A stretch of 64,000 bases of DNA. It comes from Chiloscyllium plagiosum (taxonomy: Eukaryota). The DNA is taken from the NCBI RefSeq assembly GCF_004010195.1, contig NC_057719.1, positions 50,386,302-50,450,301 of the forward strand, given 5' to 3'. A program made the translations under genes and the position numbers. Position 1 is the stretch's first letter; every line of letters begins with the position of its first letter. Shown here piece by piece: positions 63,980 through 64,000 of this stretch. The notes under the pieces were generated by a model. The model was not told the origin of the DNA, ran no database searches, and saw nothing but the letters and a program-made list of their open reading frames with translations.

Positions 63980-64000
63980 CGTTTTCTTGCAGGTATGACT
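63980..64000 (+). CDS. TOMM20: Probable start of TOMM20-family exon 5 (RFLAGMT..., cut by the window edge)
   Basis: Acceptor tttctttcag| at 63979, phase 0, begins with Arg as TOMM20's last exon does; only 21 nt visible. Confidence 0.5.

Overview
Vertebrate genomic DNA, almost certainly from a shark (HE1-type V-SINEs, a Deu-domain SINE and shark-type CR1 LINEs; the carpet/bamboo-shark lineage is a guess). Two + strand spliced genes are present: the last seven coding exons and 3' UTR of ARID4A (LxCxE Rb-binding motif LVCHE; C-terminus ...AVECR*), and about 20 kb downstream a TOMM20-family gene (exons 1-4 and probably the start of exon 5) in the position occupied by TOMM20L in mammals. The rest is mostly transposon-derived: many CR1 LINEs (one near full length), L1-, Rex1- and RTE-clade fragments, SINEs, two solo LTRs with target-site duplications (TSDs) and several Penelope-like element (PLE) families. 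The most interesting signal is a set of minimal type I hammerhead ribozymes (CUGAnGA-stem II-GAAA-palindromic 4-nt stem III) from at least three PLE families. These include ~85-130 bp ribozyme-headed mini-insertions, several with 12-15 bp TSDs, fixed 5' ends and variable 3' ends, fold-back insertions that invert at the ribozyme stem, and two identical sense ribozymes flanking exon 2 of the TOMM20-like gene. All calls were made by eye; repeat boundaries are approximate.
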